The position numbers and the translations under genes are program-made. DNA of 64,000 nt from Opitutales bacterium (lineage in GTDB: Bacteria; Verrucomicrobiota; Verrucomicrobiia; Opitutales; PNEW01): assembly GCA_965197745.1 (NCBI GenBank), contig CBDANS010000007.1, forward strand, positions 544,001-608,000, read 5' to 3'. Position 1 is the stretch's first letter. Each line of letters starts with the position of its first letter. The notes under the pieces were generated by a model, which searched no databases, had not been told where the DNA came from, and saw only the letters and a list, made by a program, of their open reading frames with translations. Positions 1 to 11,040 of the stretch are shown here, piece after piece.

Positions 1-248
1 TTAATCAACATTGTCGTCATATTATTCTCCAGATCAATAATCGCGACTGCTGTTCCCATAGAACCGCCTGCTATTTCAGTACGAATTAATTTATCCTTGA
101 GCATGTAAGTCAATTGCATGACTGAAATCCCATCGTTCATATTAAAAACTACTTTACCTTCGAAAGCATAAACAGATGAAGTCGTTAAAAATAACAAACT
201 GAAGGAAAGGTACTGAATTAATCTGACCCTATTTTTATGAAACATCAT
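1..248 (-). CDS. Exported protein, DUF4412-like, running off the left edge of the window
   Basis: Manual translation: MMFHKNRVRLIQYLSFSLLFLTTSSVYA|FEGKVVFNMN...YMLKDKLIRTEI. It has a signal peptide and a FEG start typical of DUF4412 proteins, and is open to the window edge. Confidence 0.55.
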   Translation of the reverse strand, partial: MMFHKNRVRLIQYLSFSLLFLTTSSVYAFEGKVVFNMNDGISVMQLTYMLKDKLIRTEIAGGSMGTAVAIIDLENNMTTMLI

Positions 249-325
249 TTATCGACTGTATCTAAATTATATCGTAAGACAACTTTTAAACCTGATACTA
301 CTTACCTGCTGAAAATTTTATGCGT

Positions 326-362
326 AAAAAAACCCGGTCTTATATTTAAGATCGGGTTTTTT
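326..362. terminator. Intrinsic terminator with a bidirectional shape
   Basis: AAAAAAACCCGGTCTTA-TATT-TAAGATCGGGTTTTTT hairpin flanked by A/T tracts, just downstream of the stop at 386. Confidence 0.8.
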
Positions 363-385
363 ATTAAAGAAAATGTGAATTATCT

Positions 386-826
386 TTAGCTTAGCACTGC
401 CTGGTGGAAACAATACCAGTCATCAAGATTATTCAAATTAACGGCATCTTTTATACTTCCGTCATCTTCAATGCCGGAATCACTGCAGATTGATGCGCGT
501 GTATCATCATCATGGATGTAACCGGTTATCGCATCATTTAACTCTTTAACCGCGTTGGCATCAAGCGAGCCGCCTTTTTTATCAAGGATCCACTTTTCAA
601 GTTGGCAATAAGTTGGTTTGCTATCTTTGATATAAGCGAGGAATTCATCCTTATCGAGGCCTAAGGCGTTAAGGACCATAGAATCATACCCGCCTCCAAC
701 AGCTGGATAATCATCAGCTAACTGCCCAGTCGCATCGAGGGATGTTTTCAGCCACAAACGCGGCAGGTGTAGGACACCGAGCGGACCGGCTTCTCCGGAA
801 CTGATTAAGGGGACAATTTTCGACAT
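386..826 (-). CDS. DUF5069-family protein
   Basis: The likely start is MSKIVPLISSG (826). GPLGVLHLPRLWLK and NLNNLDDW are characteristic. The longer ORF to 1057 overlaps the next gene. Confidence 0.75.
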   Translation of the reverse strand: MSKIVPLISSGEAGPLGVLHLPRLWLKTSLDATGQLADDYPAVGGGYDSMVLNALGLDKDEFLAYIKDSKPTYCQLEKWILDKKGGSLDANAVKELNDAITGYIHDDDTRASICSDSGIEDDGSIKDAVNLNNLDDWYCFHQAVLS

Positions 827-993
827 TTTTATCTTCTTTGATTTTAGGTTTTTACTTAATTTAGAAAAAGGATTTCGAATCCAATGTATTCCCCCTTTCA
901 AGTCAATAGCATATTGATATCGAGAGGGTAAAAATAATTCAGGAAATAAAATGAGAGCGATAATTTCAATCGGGACCTGATGTTTTTCTAAAA

Positions 994-3003
994 TTACAAT
1001 TTCGCAGTCAGCGTGGTGAGATCGTTTTCGGGCTCCAGGCAGTGAGTGCCGACGCAAAGTTGATAACCTTCGGGCTGGGCGGGATCATCGGAAATCAAGA
1101 GAAATACGCGCCGCCAGGGTTTATGAGCGAGCTTGTCCTGGAGAGCATCAAGATTTGGAATGTTTTTAATTTTGATTACGGCGGTGCCGACCGCGTCACC
1201 GGTTAACCCCGCGAGGGCGTGAGGAATACCGTTGGGTATACGGTCAACATAGGAGGAGTAAGCCCTGCGCAGGGCGTCAAGGTTATCAGCGTATTTTTTA
1301 TCACCGGTGAGCAGATAAAGACCGGACATGACATGAATAAGAGAAGAGTTGCCCGCAGGGATGGCGTTATCCCACCACTCCATTTTACGACTGATGAGTT
1401 TTTCGTGGTCATTGCTGGTAAAATAAAAACCGAACGGGTCTGAGGAGCTACGAAAGTGTTCACAAACGGCATCGACAATGGCAACAGCACGTTGAATGTA
1501 TACCTTAGAAAAGCCGGGTTTTAGCCAATCAATTTTTGCCGCGATACTTAAAAGAGCTTCCGCATAAAAAGCGTAGTCATCGAGGTAAGCATTAACTCCC
1601 TGGCCGGAATCTTCATAATAGAGGGCATAAAGTCGATTATCATCGAAACGCTGTGTTTCCCATATCCAATCAGCGGAGCGTATTGCATCTTCGAGCCATT
1701 CTTTACGGTTAAAGGCGAAGGAAGCTTCAACCAGTCCTCGAATGAGAAGGCTGTTCCACGCGACTAGCTGTTTGGTGTCTTTCCCCGGTGGCACCCGTTT
1801 AAGACGTCTCTCCAGCAGTTTCTGCCGGAAAGGTTGTAATGCCTGGCGTTTATCAAAGTCAGCTATGGCCAATGCGGGATTGGATGTTCCCTCCTCAAAA
1901 TTGCCATTTTCAGAGAGGCCGTAGGTTTCACAGAAAAGTTTTCCGTCTTTAGAGCCAAGAACCGCTTCAACCTCGTCTGGAGTCCAAACATAAAACTTCC
2001 CTTCTTTTCCTTCACTATCGGCATCAAGAGAGGAATAATAACCCCCGTTAGGAGCGAGCATTTCGCGCTTTAACCATTCGATCGTTTCCTCAACTACAGC
2101 TCCGAATAATGGCTGGCGGTATCGCATCCAACCCTTAGTGAAAATGTCGAGAAGGAGAGCATTATCATAGAGCATTTTTTCAAAGTGGGGGATGAGCCAG
2201 TGCTTATCGACACTATATCGGGAGAACCCACCACCGATCTGGTCAAAGATGCCGCCGCGTGCCATTGCATTAAGAGTATGCGTGACCACTTCATCAATCC
2301 GTCGAGCGAGACTGGGGCGTTGTTCCTCACATGTTGAGCTTTGTCTAATCTCAAGAAGAAAGTTAAGCGCCATGGAGGGAGGGAATTTTGGAGCCTGTCC
2401 AAACCCGCCCCATTCGTCATCGTGGCTATTGCAGATTATTTCTGCAGCCGTAAGGAGCTGTAGATTGTCCAACTGGTGGTCTGAATCACCTGCGGGACGA
2501 TTGCTTAAAGCCAGGTTTTTTACAATATTTTCTGCGTTTTCTTCCAGCTCAGTTTTCTTGTGTTTATAAAAGTCGGCTATCCGCATAATAAGTTGAGGCC
2601 ATGGAACCATATTTTGACCCCGGTCTTCAGGTGGGAAATAGGTTCCGCCAAAGAAAGGACGCCCGTCAGGGAAACAAAAAATATTTAAAGGCCATCCACC
2701 GTGGTTGGTGATCATCTGTACCGCTTCCATGTAGATCTGGTCGACATCCGGGCGTTCCTCACGGTCAACTTTAATGCAGATAAAGTGCTCATTCATAAGT
2801 TTTGCAATGTAGTCATTTTCGAATGATTCATGAGCCATGACGTGACACCAGTGACATGAACTGTATCCGATACTCACAAGGAGTGGTTTATCTTCAGCTT
2901 CAGCCTTATCCATCGCTTCCTTTCCCCAGGGGTGCCAGTCCACGGGGTTTTCAGCATGCTGGCGTAAATATAGACTTTTTTCCTGAGCGAGGCGGTTAGC
3001 CAT
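994..3003 (-). CDS. Thioredoxin-domain protein, YyaL/SSP411 (DUF255) family
   Basis: [46 protein letters not shown] and [11 protein letters not shown]. Confidence 0.92.
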   Translation of the reverse strand: MANRLAQEKSLYLRQHAENPVDWHPWGKEAMDKAEAEDKPLLVSIGYSSCHWCHVMAHESFENDYIAKLMNEHFICIKVDREERPDVDQIYMEAVQMITNHGGWPLNIFCFPDGRPFFGGTYFPPEDRGQNMVPWPQLIMRIADFYKHKKTELEENAENIVKNLALSNRPAGDSDHQLDNLQLLTAAEIICNSHDDEWGGFGQAPKFPPSMALNFLLEIRQSSTCEEQRPSLARRIDEVVTHTLNAMARGGIFDQIGGGFSRYSVDKHWLIPHFEKMLYDNALLLDIFTKGWMRYRQPLFGAVVEETIEWLKREMLAPNGGYYSSLDADSEGKEGKFYVWTPDEVEAVLGSKDGKLFCETYGLSENGNFEEGTSNPALAIADFDKRQALQPFRQKLLERRLKRVPPGKDTKQLVAWNSLLIRGLVEASFAFNRKEWLEDAIRSADWIWETQRFDDNRLYALYYEDSGQGVNAYLDDYAFYAEALLSIAAKIDWLKPGFSKVYIQRAVAIVDAVCEHFRSSSDPFGFYFTSNDHEKLISRKMEWWDNAIPAGNSSLIHVMSGLYLLTGDKKYADNLDALRRAYSSYVDRIPNGIPHALAGLTGDAVGTAVIKIKNIPNLDALQDKLAHKPWRRVFLLISDDPAQPEGYQLCVGTHCLEPENDLTTLTAKL

Positions 3004-3114
3004 ATAAACAGTTAATTAAAGGTATCAAGTGCGGCATGGAGCTTCATGAATCGAAATATAAAATGCAAATGAATCCCCGATTTTTTTTGCCATCATTGTG
3101 AGATCAGTCCACTT

Positions 3115-4830
3115 TTGAAAAATAAAATGCCGGCAATACGAATATTAACCGATCGCGTTGCTAATCAAATAGCCGCAGGAGAGGTAATTGAGCGGCCGGT
3201 AGCGGTAGTCAAAGAACTGGTCGAAAATAGCCTTGATTCCGGGGCCACGCGCATTGAGATCAATTTCCGAAATGGCGGTAAAAATTTTATCCGCGTAGAG
3301 GACAATGGACATGGAATGAGTCCTGATAATTCGATGCTCGCTCTGGAGCGGCATGGCACGAGTAAAATCAGTGAGGTGAGCGACCTCCTTAAAGTAAACA
3401 CTTTCGGATTTCGTGGAGAAGCATTGCCCTCGATGGCGAGTGTTTCACGGTTTACGATGCGGACACGCGACCAGGCCTGGGGATACGGAACGGAAATTCT
3501 ATTCAATGGCGGTAAATTTATCCAACAAAAGGAAATTGGAATGCCGGCAGGTACTACGGTCGAGGTGGCAAACCTCTTTAATTCAGTGCCGGCAAGACGT
3601 AAATTTCTTAAGACCGATAACACGGAAGCGGCACATATTATTCGGCTCTCGCGCCTCTATGCCGTGGCTAACCCTGGCACTTCATTCACCCTTATGGAAA
3701 ATGGACGGGTAATTTTCCGATCGCCGGTGAGCCCGAACCTCAGTGAACGCGTTCGTGAAATATTCGGTAAACAGGTAGCTGATCTACTCATGGAAATCAA
3801 CGCTGAGGAAAACGATTTACAATTGACGGGCTTAATTGGAAAGCCGGGTGCAGGTCGATCAACACGTCAGGATATGATAGCCTATGTCAACCAGCGCCCG
3901 GTAGACAGTCGCACTCTATATTATGCTCTCATCGAAGCCTATCATACCTATCTTCCCAAGGGCCGCTATCCCCTGGCCTTTATTTTTCTCAAAATGAATC
4001 CTCAGGGGGTTGATGTGAATGTTCACCCAGCTAAACGTGAAGTACGGTTTCATGAAGAGGGACGTGTCAGACAGTTTTTAATGAGAGCCCTTTTAGATAG
4101 ACTGCGAGAAACTTCGAGGAGTGAATTTTCTTCTCCCACCAATGCTGATGTTGTCGATATCAAGCCCGTGCTTTCACCTCCTGTAACTTCTCGAATGGAA
4201 ACGATCCTCAAGCCAACGATACACGAGACTACGCCTTCAAAGGAGAAGCGTCAGCAGTTGAGGTGGAAATACATCGGGCTTGTCCATGATATATTTGCAA
4301 TATTTGAAACGGAAACGGGTCTGATCCTGCTCAATACACGCGGAGCGAGAGAGCGTATCGTTTTTGAAAGTATTCAGGCGCGATTGGCTTCAAATGAATT
4401 AATGAGCCAAAAATTACTTTTTCCGTTACCCCTCGAGCTCGATCCTGTTTTATCGACTACTCTTGGAAATCATCTCGATTTTTTCGGCGATAATGGTTTT
4501 ACGATAGAACTTTTCGGTCGCAATTTCTACCGTGTTGAAGCATTGCCGGATTGGCTGGATCCCGGTCTGGGGGAAGATTTTATACGCGACCTTATAACAC
4601 GCATTCATGAGCGCGGATTGAGACCGGACAAACCGGACCTTGCCCACGAGGAAATAGCGCGATTGGCTTCGGTTCAGGCCAGTCGCAAGAGTCCCGATCA
4701 ATCGGAAAGTGAGATGAATCGAATCGCACAAAAGCTGGCTGCCTGTAAAAATCCACTCAATGACCCCCGCGGTCGCCCGACCTACATTGAAATATCACGC
4801 ACTGATCTGGATAAAAAATTTTTCAGGTAA
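3115..4830 (+). CDS. mutL: DNA mismatch repair protein MutL
   Basis: NQIAAGEVIERP, KELVENSLD, GFRGEAL and VDVNVHPAKREVRF. The start is TTG 3115 or ATG 3127. Confidence 0.95.
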   Translation: MKNKMPAIRILTDRVANQIAAGEVIERPVAVVKELVENSLDSGATRIEINFRNGGKNFIRVEDNGHGMSPDNSMLALERHGTSKISEVSDLLKVNTFGFRGEALPSMASVSRFTMRTRDQAWGYGTEILFNGGKFIQQKEIGMPAGTTVEVANLFNSVPARRKFLKTDNTEAAHIIRLSRLYAVANPGTSFTLMENGRVIFRSPVSPNLSERVREIFGKQVADLLMEINAEENDLQLTGLIGKPGAGRSTRQDMIAYVNQRPVDSRTLYYALIEAYHTYLPKGRYPLAFIFLKMNPQGVDVNVHPAKREVRFHEEGRVRQFLMRALLDRLRETSRSEFSSPTNADVVDIKPVLSPPVTSRMETILKPTIHETTPSKEKRQQLRWKYIGLVHDIFAIFETETGLILLNTRGARERIVFESIQARLASNELMSQKLLFPLPLELDPVLSTTLGNHLDFFGDNGFTIELFGRNFYRVEALPDWLDPGLGEDFIRDLITRIHERGLRPDKPDLAHEEIARLASVQASRKSPDQSESEMNRIAQKLAACKNPLNDPRGRPTYIEISRTDLDKKFFR

Positions 4831-4959
4831 ACTTATTACTTTATTTCGGGTCTCATATATTAGTGATATTAGCGCTTCACAGTGAAGGGCATAATGGTTT
4901 TAATAGAGTTAAATAATGAGGCAGTATTATTGCTGAAATAGTTTGAATGCATTGCTCCA

Positions 4960-7512
4960 ATGGCGATGAACAAGTCCACATCCACCGCGAAAAAGGGTAA
5001 AACCGATCCCCTGAAAGAGGGGGAAGTTCTCGATTTTACGAAAACAAAGCATCCTTTCAATTTTAACATTGAAAGCAATGTGCGAGGGTTCAAAACCTCC
5101 ATTCTTAATCACCTGCGTTATACGCTGGCGCACGACACAAAAATTGCCTCTAAACGCGATTGGTGGATATGCACCTGTATGGCGGTTCGCGACCGTATTA
5201 TGGAGCGCTATATCAAAACGCAGGGCGCGCATAATCGGTCCAATGTAAAACGAACATATTTTCTGTCTTTTGAATATTTAATGGGGCGTCTTCTCTCCAA
5301 CAATCTTTTTAACACGAATCTCTACGAAACGGCAATACGGGCCCTGAGTGAAATCGGATTAGACCTTGATGACTTGCTCGATGAAGAACCGGATATGGGT
5401 CTGGGGAATGGGGGACTTGGCCGCCTCGCTGCCTGTTTTCTTGATTCACTGGCTACCTTGGATTATCCTTCCATTGGATATGGAATCTATTACGAGTTTG
5501 GGCTCTTTCAGCAAGAACTGGTAGCCGGGCGTCAGGTTGAGCATCCCGATAGTTGGTCACAATATGAGAATCCCTGGCAAATAGTGCGCCCTGAGTATTC
5601 ACAGGAGGTCCATCATTATGGAAAAATCGAAAATCAATTCGATGATTTCGGTAACAGTAAGCCGGTTTGGGTGAATACCCAGACGATTATTGGTATTCCC
5701 TGGGATATTCCGATCTGCGGCTATGGGTCCAGTACCGTAAACTTCCTCCGTCTCTGGGAATCGCGCGCATCGAAAGAATTCGATCTCGGTGTATTCAATG
5801 AGGGGGGGTACGTTGAAGCGGTTCGAGAGAAAGCTTTGGGTGAGACTATCTCCAAAGTTCTCTATCCCAATGATGAACGGGAGAGTGGCAAAGAACTTCG
5901 CCTGGTCCAACAACATTTTTTTGTATCCTGTTCATTGCAGGACATTATCCGACGCTATCTTAAAAAAAATGAAGGGTGGGATAATTTTACGAAAAAAGTC
6001 TCGATTCACCTTAATGACACACATCCCGCTGTCGCCGTTTTGGAACTGATGCGCATATTTATCGACGAAAAACAGTTGGAATGGGATTCTGCCTGGAATA
6101 TTTGCCGTCAGGTTTTCGCTTACACAAACCATACCTTATTACCTGAAGCGCTGGAAAAATGGAGTGTACCGCTCTTCGAAAAAGTTCTGCCAAGACATTT
6201 GCAGATAATTTATGAAATAAACCGACACTTTCTTGAAGATGAAGTTGAAAAGTGCTGGCCTGGCAACAGGGAGATAAAACGAGAAATGTCTCTTATTGAA
6301 GAGGGAAAGCCAAAATTGATTCGCATGGCATACCTGTCCGTTATTTCGAGTCATTCTGTCAATGGGGTAGCGGCTCTTCACACGGATCTGCTCAAGAGCC
6401 ATCTTTTCCCATTGTTCAATGAACTTTACCCAGATAAGTTTAACAACAAAACGAATGGCATTACACCTCGGCGTTGGCTGAAAGTATGTAACCCGCGACT
6501 TACCCGTCTTGTCAATAAAAGTATCGGTGAGGACTGGATCACCAATCTCGATCAATTACGCAAGCTTGAGGAATATGCAGAAAATCGTGATTTTCAGGAT
6601 GAATTCCGGGCGATCAAGCATGCTAACAAGGTTGATCTGGCTGAAGTAATATCAGATCAATGTGGACTTGATGTCGATCCTGACGCGATTTTTGACGTTC
6701 AAGTTAAACGCTTGCATGAATATAAGAGACAACATCTAAATTTACTGCACATTCTGGCCCTTTATCGACGTATCCTACATGACCCGGATTACGACATGCA
6801 TCCCCGCGTTTTCATTTTCGCGGCAAAGGCAGCACCTGGTTACACCTTGGCAAAAATAATTATTCACGCGATTAACGCCGTGGGGGAAAAGATTAATCAG
6901 GACACCCGTGTTAAGGGAAAAATAAAAGTAATATTTTTACCTAACTATGGAGTGACACTGGCGGAAAAAATTATACCCGCGGCCGATGTTTCAGAACAGA
7001 TATCACTTGCCGGTAAAGAGGCATCGGGCACGGGAAATATGAAACTTGCGTTAAATGGTGCGGTCACAATAGGAACCCTCGACGGGGCAAACGTTGAAAT
7101 CAGAAAAGAAGTAGGTGAGGATAATTTTTTTGTCTTTGGAATGAAGGTAGAAGAAGTAGAAGCATTGCGTGAAAGCGGCTACAACCCGTATGACATTTAT
7201 TTTGCCAATGACGAATTGCGAAATGTCGTCGATTGGATAGGTTCCAGTCATTTTACCCCGGAAGATCCCTATGCGCTTGTCCCGCTACGCCGCAGCCTGC
7301 TCGAAGAAGGCGATCCATTTTTTGTTCTCGCGGACTTCGAAAGTTATTGTAAGACACAAGCATATATCGATGAGGCTTATCGCGACCGACAGCGCTGGAT
7401 ACGAATGGCTATTCTAAATTGCGCGCGGGTAGGAATATTTTCCACTGACCGCACCATTCGCCAGTACGCTGAAGAAATCTGGAATCTTGATTCTCTGTCC
7501 ATTGATTCCTGA
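4960..7512 (+). CDS. glgP: Glycogen/alpha-glucan phosphorylase
   Basis: [32 protein letters not shown] and the PLP site EASGTGNMK. Confidence 0.97.
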   Translation: MAMNKSTSTAKKGKTDPLKEGEVLDFTKTKHPFNFNIESNVRGFKTSILNHLRYTLAHDTKIASKRDWWICTCMAVRDRIMERYIKTQGAHNRSNVKRTYFLSFEYLMGRLLSNNLFNTNLYETAIRALSEIGLDLDDLLDEEPDMGLGNGGLGRLAACFLDSLATLDYPSIGYGIYYEFGLFQQELVAGRQVEHPDSWSQYENPWQIVRPEYSQEVHHYGKIENQFDDFGNSKPVWVNTQTIIGIPWDIPICGYGSSTVNFLRLWESRASKEFDLGVFNEGGYVEAVREKALGETISKVLYPNDERESGKELRLVQQHFFVSCSLQDIIRRYLKKNEGWDNFTKKVSIHLNDTHPAVAVLELMRIFIDEKQLEWDSAWNICRQVFAYTNHTLLPEALEKWSVPLFEKVLPRHLQIIYEINRHFLEDEVEKCWPGNREIKREMSLIEEGKPKLIRMAYLSVISSHSVNGVAALHTDLLKSHLFPLFNELYPDKFNNKTNGITPRRWLKVCNPRLTRLVNKSIGEDWITNLDQLRKLEEYAENRDFQDEFRAIKHANKVDLAEVISDQCGLDVDPDAIFDVQVKRLHEYKRQHLNLLHILALYRRILHDPDYDMHPRVFIFAAKAAPGYTLAKIIIHAINAVGEKINQDTRVKGKIKVIFLPNYGVTLAEKIIPAADVSEQISLAGKEASGTGNMKLALNGAVTIGTLDGANVEIRKEVGEDNFFVFGMKVEEVEALRESGYNPYDIYFANDELRNVVDWIGSSHFTPEDPYALVPLRRSLLEEGDPFFVLADFESYCKTQAYIDEAYRDRQRWIRMAILNCARVGIFSTDRTIRQYAEEIWNLDSLSIDS

Positions 7513-8360
7513 TGCTATTAAAATATATATTTAGTTTAATTAATAAATCAGCCTGCCTTTCCGCGGTAACAATATTTATCCTTGGCGGCTCACTCCTCAG
7601 GGCTGAAAACTCATCGATGCCATTTATTACCGGAGAAAAGTTGACCTACCAATTGAACTGGAACTCATTTCCCGTAGGTAAAGCGGTCCTGGAGGTTAGG
7701 GGACCTGTTATGGTCAATGATACCCCCTGCTATCAGTTTTCGTTTACGGTTAAATCAAATAAATTTGCGGACGCATTTTATAAAGTTCGTGATCAAATAG
7801 ACGGGTTCGTCGACCTTCAGATAAATCGTTCCGTGCTCTATACGAAAAAGCAAAAAGAGGGGAGACATGAACGCGATATCGTTGTTAACTTTGATTGGGA
7901 AACTAAAAAAGCAAGTTATTCAAACTTCGGCCAGGTTCAAGATCCGGTCTCCTTGCCGGATGCGGCTTATGATCCTCTTTCGATGTTATATGCGACGCGC
8001 CTTTTACCCCTTGAAGTTGGTAAACAAATTACCTTACCGGTAACCGATGGCAAAAGATACCTCGAATCTAAAATCAAAGTATTAAGAAAAGAAGAGGTGA
8101 AAACCGCGCTGGGTAATTTTAAAACACTCCTTCTACAACCGGGACTGGAGGGGTTAAGAGGTGTTTTTAAAAAGAGTAAGAATGCCAAAATACATATATG
8201 GATGTCTGAGGATCAACGCAGGATTCCGGTAAAGATCAAAAGTAAAGTAAAGATAGGAACTTTTCGAGCAGTCCTGGTTTCTTTAGAAAGCGAAGAAAAT
8301 TCAGGTAAAGTAGCGTTTAAAGATACCGCTAAAATTACAAATAGTCGGAGAGAAGGTTAA
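7512..8360 (+). CDS. Exported DUF3108-family protein
   Basis: Signal peptide, GEKLTY, YDPLSMLY and W-x-S-x-D-x-RRIPVKI. It overlaps glgP at TGATG. Confidence 0.8.
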   Translation: MLLKYIFSLINKSACLSAVTIFILGGSLLRAENSSMPFITGEKLTYQLNWNSFPVGKAVLEVRGPVMVNDTPCYQFSFTVKSNKFADAFYKVRDQIDGFVDLQINRSVLYTKKQKEGRHERDIVVNFDWETKKASYSNFGQVQDPVSLPDAAYDPLSMLYATRLLPLEVGKQITLPVTDGKRYLESKIKVLRKEEVKTALGNFKTLLLQPGLEGLRGVFKKSKNAKIHIWMSEDQRRIPVKIKSKVKIGTFRAVLVSLESEENSGKVAFKDTAKITNSRREG

Positions 8361-8379
8361 GACCCGTCCCAAACGATTA

Positions 8380-9756
8380 CTATTTATGTGCCTTAACTGC
8401 GATTTCAACAATATTATCCCGGTTAAATTCAAGGCTTGTGACTTTTCCTTTCCGCTCTTTTTTAAAAGTGATAGTGGCATTGAGGCCATCAAAAGAAAAA
8501 ATGTCATCGCTGATCGCATGAATACGGTGTCTTGATTGGCTGATGAACTGGCCGTATAGTCTATCTCCTTGAGATGTGATTACAAGTGATTGATCATTTT
8601 TAAAATTGTAAACACCAATATAATTTTTAATTTGTTTTAGGGTTATTTCTACGATCTCAGGGTAGTGACGCAGAGAGAAATTATTGGGATCGAGAATATA
8701 TAGGCCTATATCATCAAGGCTGTTTGCAGAATTTGACAGTAGAACAACGCCTTTTTTATCTGTTTTCTTAAAACCGATAAAACAGCTGTAACCCGCGGTC
8801 ATGGCGCTATGCCAATGAATCGCTTTATTATCTTCATCCATGCTGAGATTCCACCCAAGACTGATTTTATGATTGGGTATTCGGGTGTCGACCAGGGGGC
8901 GATGGGTATCGGTCATCACTGAATAGAGCGAGCTGTCGTTAAGTCCAAATTGCGCCTTGATAAATGCGGCCAGATCTTTGGCTGTAGAGTGGAGAGCCCC
9001 CGCTCCCGGAATGGCCGGAAGTTCCCATCCTGGCATTTGATCGACGCCATCGTGACCACGGGCAAGATGATAACGCTGTGTTTCAGATAGCTTAACTGAA
9101 GTAGCATCCATACCTAATTTATTAAGAATACGCTTCTTTAGAATATTCTCGAAAGAGTCTTTGCTTTTTAGACTGAGGATGTGACCGAGCAGACCTACGC
9201 CGAAGTATGAATATTCATAAGTGTTGCCCGGCGCAGTCTCCAGTTGATAGTTGTTGAGAAAGGTGTAGAATTGATCAATGGTATACCCGGCAAAAGGATT
9301 TCGCAGGTCGACAACCTCTAAATTATCCGGTTGTGGGGGAAGTCCTGACACATAAGTTGCCAGATGAAGAAGCGAGATTTTATGACCATTCTTTGCGGGT
9401 GAAACTATGTCCGTCGGCAGATATTTATCGATGGGGTCATTGAGAGCAATTTCTTCTTTCTCCACCATATCAGAGAGAAGGAGGCTGGTGAAAACATTAG
9501 TGACCGATCCAATTTCAAAAACGGTATTTTCATTTACGGGGCGCTCATCTCCCTCCCTGTAGATGCCCGCTTTATAGTAGCGAATCCCTTCCGAGGAGAC
9601 CACAGCGACGACGATCCCCTGGTTAATTTGCCTGTTTATTCTAGTTAACAGGGTTTGCTCGATATTACCGGGCGGTATAGCAGAAAAAGAGAAAAGGGGC
9701 AGGTTGAATCCTGTCACCAAGCTAAGAATCGCGATCGAGATAATTGCTCGTCTCAT
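8380..9756 (-). CDS. Beta-lactamase class C-like serine hydrolase with a C-terminal DUF3471-like domain; catalytic motifs are degenerate
   Basis: Signal peptide, TVFEIGSVTNVFT, LATYVSGLP, PGNTYEYSY, LGMDAT and GAGALHSTAKDL. Confidence 0.85.
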   Translation of the reverse strand: MRRAIISIAILSLVTGFNLPLFSFSAIPPGNIEQTLLTRINRQINQGIVVAVVSSEGIRYYKAGIYREGDERPVNENTVFEIGSVTNVFTSLLLSDMVEKEEIALNDPIDKYLPTDIVSPAKNGHKISLLHLATYVSGLPPQPDNLEVVDLRNPFAGYTIDQFYTFLNNYQLETAPGNTYEYSYFGVGLLGHILSLKSKDSFENILKKRILNKLGMDATSVKLSETQRYHLARGHDGVDQMPGWELPAIPGAGALHSTAKDLAAFIKAQFGLNDSSLYSVMTDTHRPLVDTRIPNHKISLGWNLSMDEDNKAIHWHSAMTAGYSCFIGFKKTDKKGVVLLSNSANSLDDIGLYILDPNNFSLRHYPEIVEITLKQIKNYIGVYNFKNDQSLVITSQGDRLYGQFISQSRHRIHAISDDIFSFDGLNATITFKKERKGKVTSLEFNRDNIVEIAVKAHK

Positions 9757-9840
9757 TTTACATATTCCAAATATAAAACAGGGTAAATAAAATCTTGTTC
9801 CGCAGAATATTATTTTTTGGTTATTGGAGCAACGATTATA

Positions 9841-10797
9841 TCAAGGATTATATTTAAAAATATTATTTTCATACGGAAGACAGCTTTTAACATGATTACT
9901 AATATCGGTTATTTTTTTCATCACTTCCGAGGGGCAGGCACGATCGAGGGCATGGGCGTTTTCATTTACCTGTCGTCCGTTTCTTGCGCCAACAATTACC
10001 GAGGTGATATCAGACTGTTGGACCACCCATTGAAGAGCGAGGTGTTGCAGCGGGCTATTCATTTCAGCTGTAATTGTTTTTAACTTTTCCGTAGCTGCAA
10101 AGAGATGGGGCCAGACATCGGATTGGAAAAAAACGGTATTGGGTCTAAAATCACCCGTTTTAAATACAGGTCTAAACGGGAATTTTCCTGTAAGTATACC
10201 TTGAGCGATTGAACTGTAAGTAACAACCGCAATATCATTATTTACACAATAGGGAATAAGGCACTCTTCAGCTGCGCGCCAATAAAGGTTGTAGCAAAGC
10301 TGGTGGGCATCGATTTTACCGACTTCATTTAACTGTTTCATTTGTTCGAGAGAAAAGTTGCTTACCCCTATGGCGCCAATGGTGCCCTTTTCCCGCTCTT
10401 TTTCGAGTAGTTCCATGTGGGGTCGCATATCGACATCACTTCTTGGCCAGTGAAAGTAATAGAGATCAATATAATCAGTGCTCAAATTACTCAGACTTTT
10501 ATTTAGCGATTTGATTATTGATTCAGGTTTCCTCCCTGGATGACCCTTAGTTGCGAGGAATACCTGGTCCCATTTACCTTTTAGGAATTTTACGCAGAGG
10601 GTTTCGGAGTGACCGGAACCATATCCAAGGGCTGTGTCCCAGTGGGTAAGTCCCAATTCCCACGCTGTTTTCATGGCATCAATAGAATCTGCATCACTCT
10701 GCTCTCCCCAGTGATCGCCGCCAAAGACCCAACAGCCGAGGGCAATGATGTTGTGTTTATTTAAAGTTCTCGTCTTCGTCTGCCTCTTAGTCTTCAT
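9841..10797 (-). CDS. Aldo/keto reductase
   Basis: LGCW, WDTALGYG, ATK, DYIDLYYFHWP and IGVSNFS. Confidence 0.92.
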   Translation of the reverse strand: MKTKRQTKTRTLNKHNIIALGCWVFGGDHWGEQSDADSIDAMKTAWELGLTHWDTALGYGSGHSETLCVKFLKGKWDQVFLATKGHPGRKPESIIKSLNKSLSNLSTDYIDLYYFHWPRSDVDMRPHMELLEKEREKGTIGAIGVSNFSLEQMKQLNEVGKIDAHQLCYNLYWRAAEECLIPYCVNNDIAVVTYSSIAQGILTGKFPFRPVFKTGDFRPNTVFFQSDVWPHLFAATEKLKTITAEMNSPLQHLALQWVVQQSDITSVIVGARNGRQVNENAHALDRACPSEVMKKITDISNHVKSCLPYENNIFKYNP

Positions 10798-11008
10798 CTC
10801 TGTTTTATTATTAATAATTCATATAATTTATATGACGAAGACGAAGATTATTTACATAACTTAATGCTTTTTGATCTGATGATCTACAGGGGATGATGAT
10901 CTGAAGAAATTTATATATTTATTTAAAGTCCTCGTTTTCAACTCATTATTTTTATTAATTCGTAAAATTAAAATGACGAAGACGAAAAGGCAGACGAAGA
11001 GGAAGATT
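10766..11008. repeat. Cluster of dispersed (TCTTCG)n-type repeat arms, consensus AATCTTCGTCTTCGTCTGCCTCTTCGTC
   Basis: Arms at about 10769-10798 (+), 10832-10849 (-) and 10973-11008 (-). Related copies lie at 34790, 37073, 37253 and 41358. Confidence 0.75.
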
Positions 11009-11040
11009 ATTTACATAATTTAATGCTTTTTGATCTGATG
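10843..11040. repeat. 39-bp direct repeat with a 159-bp period that includes the 3' end of the methyltransferase gene
   Basis: GAAGATTATTTACATAAyTTAATGCTTTTTGATCTGATG at 10843-10881 and 11002-11040, 38/39 identical. Confidence 0.85.

Noticed and set aside
827..1057. N-terminal extension of the DUF5069 ORF
   Set aside because: It overlaps the upstream gene and AT-rich intergenic DNA, and family similarity starts at MSKIVP.
10766..11040. CRISPR array
   Set aside because: There are only two long direct copies, one overlapping a gene end. There is no regular repeat-spacer series and no cas gene.
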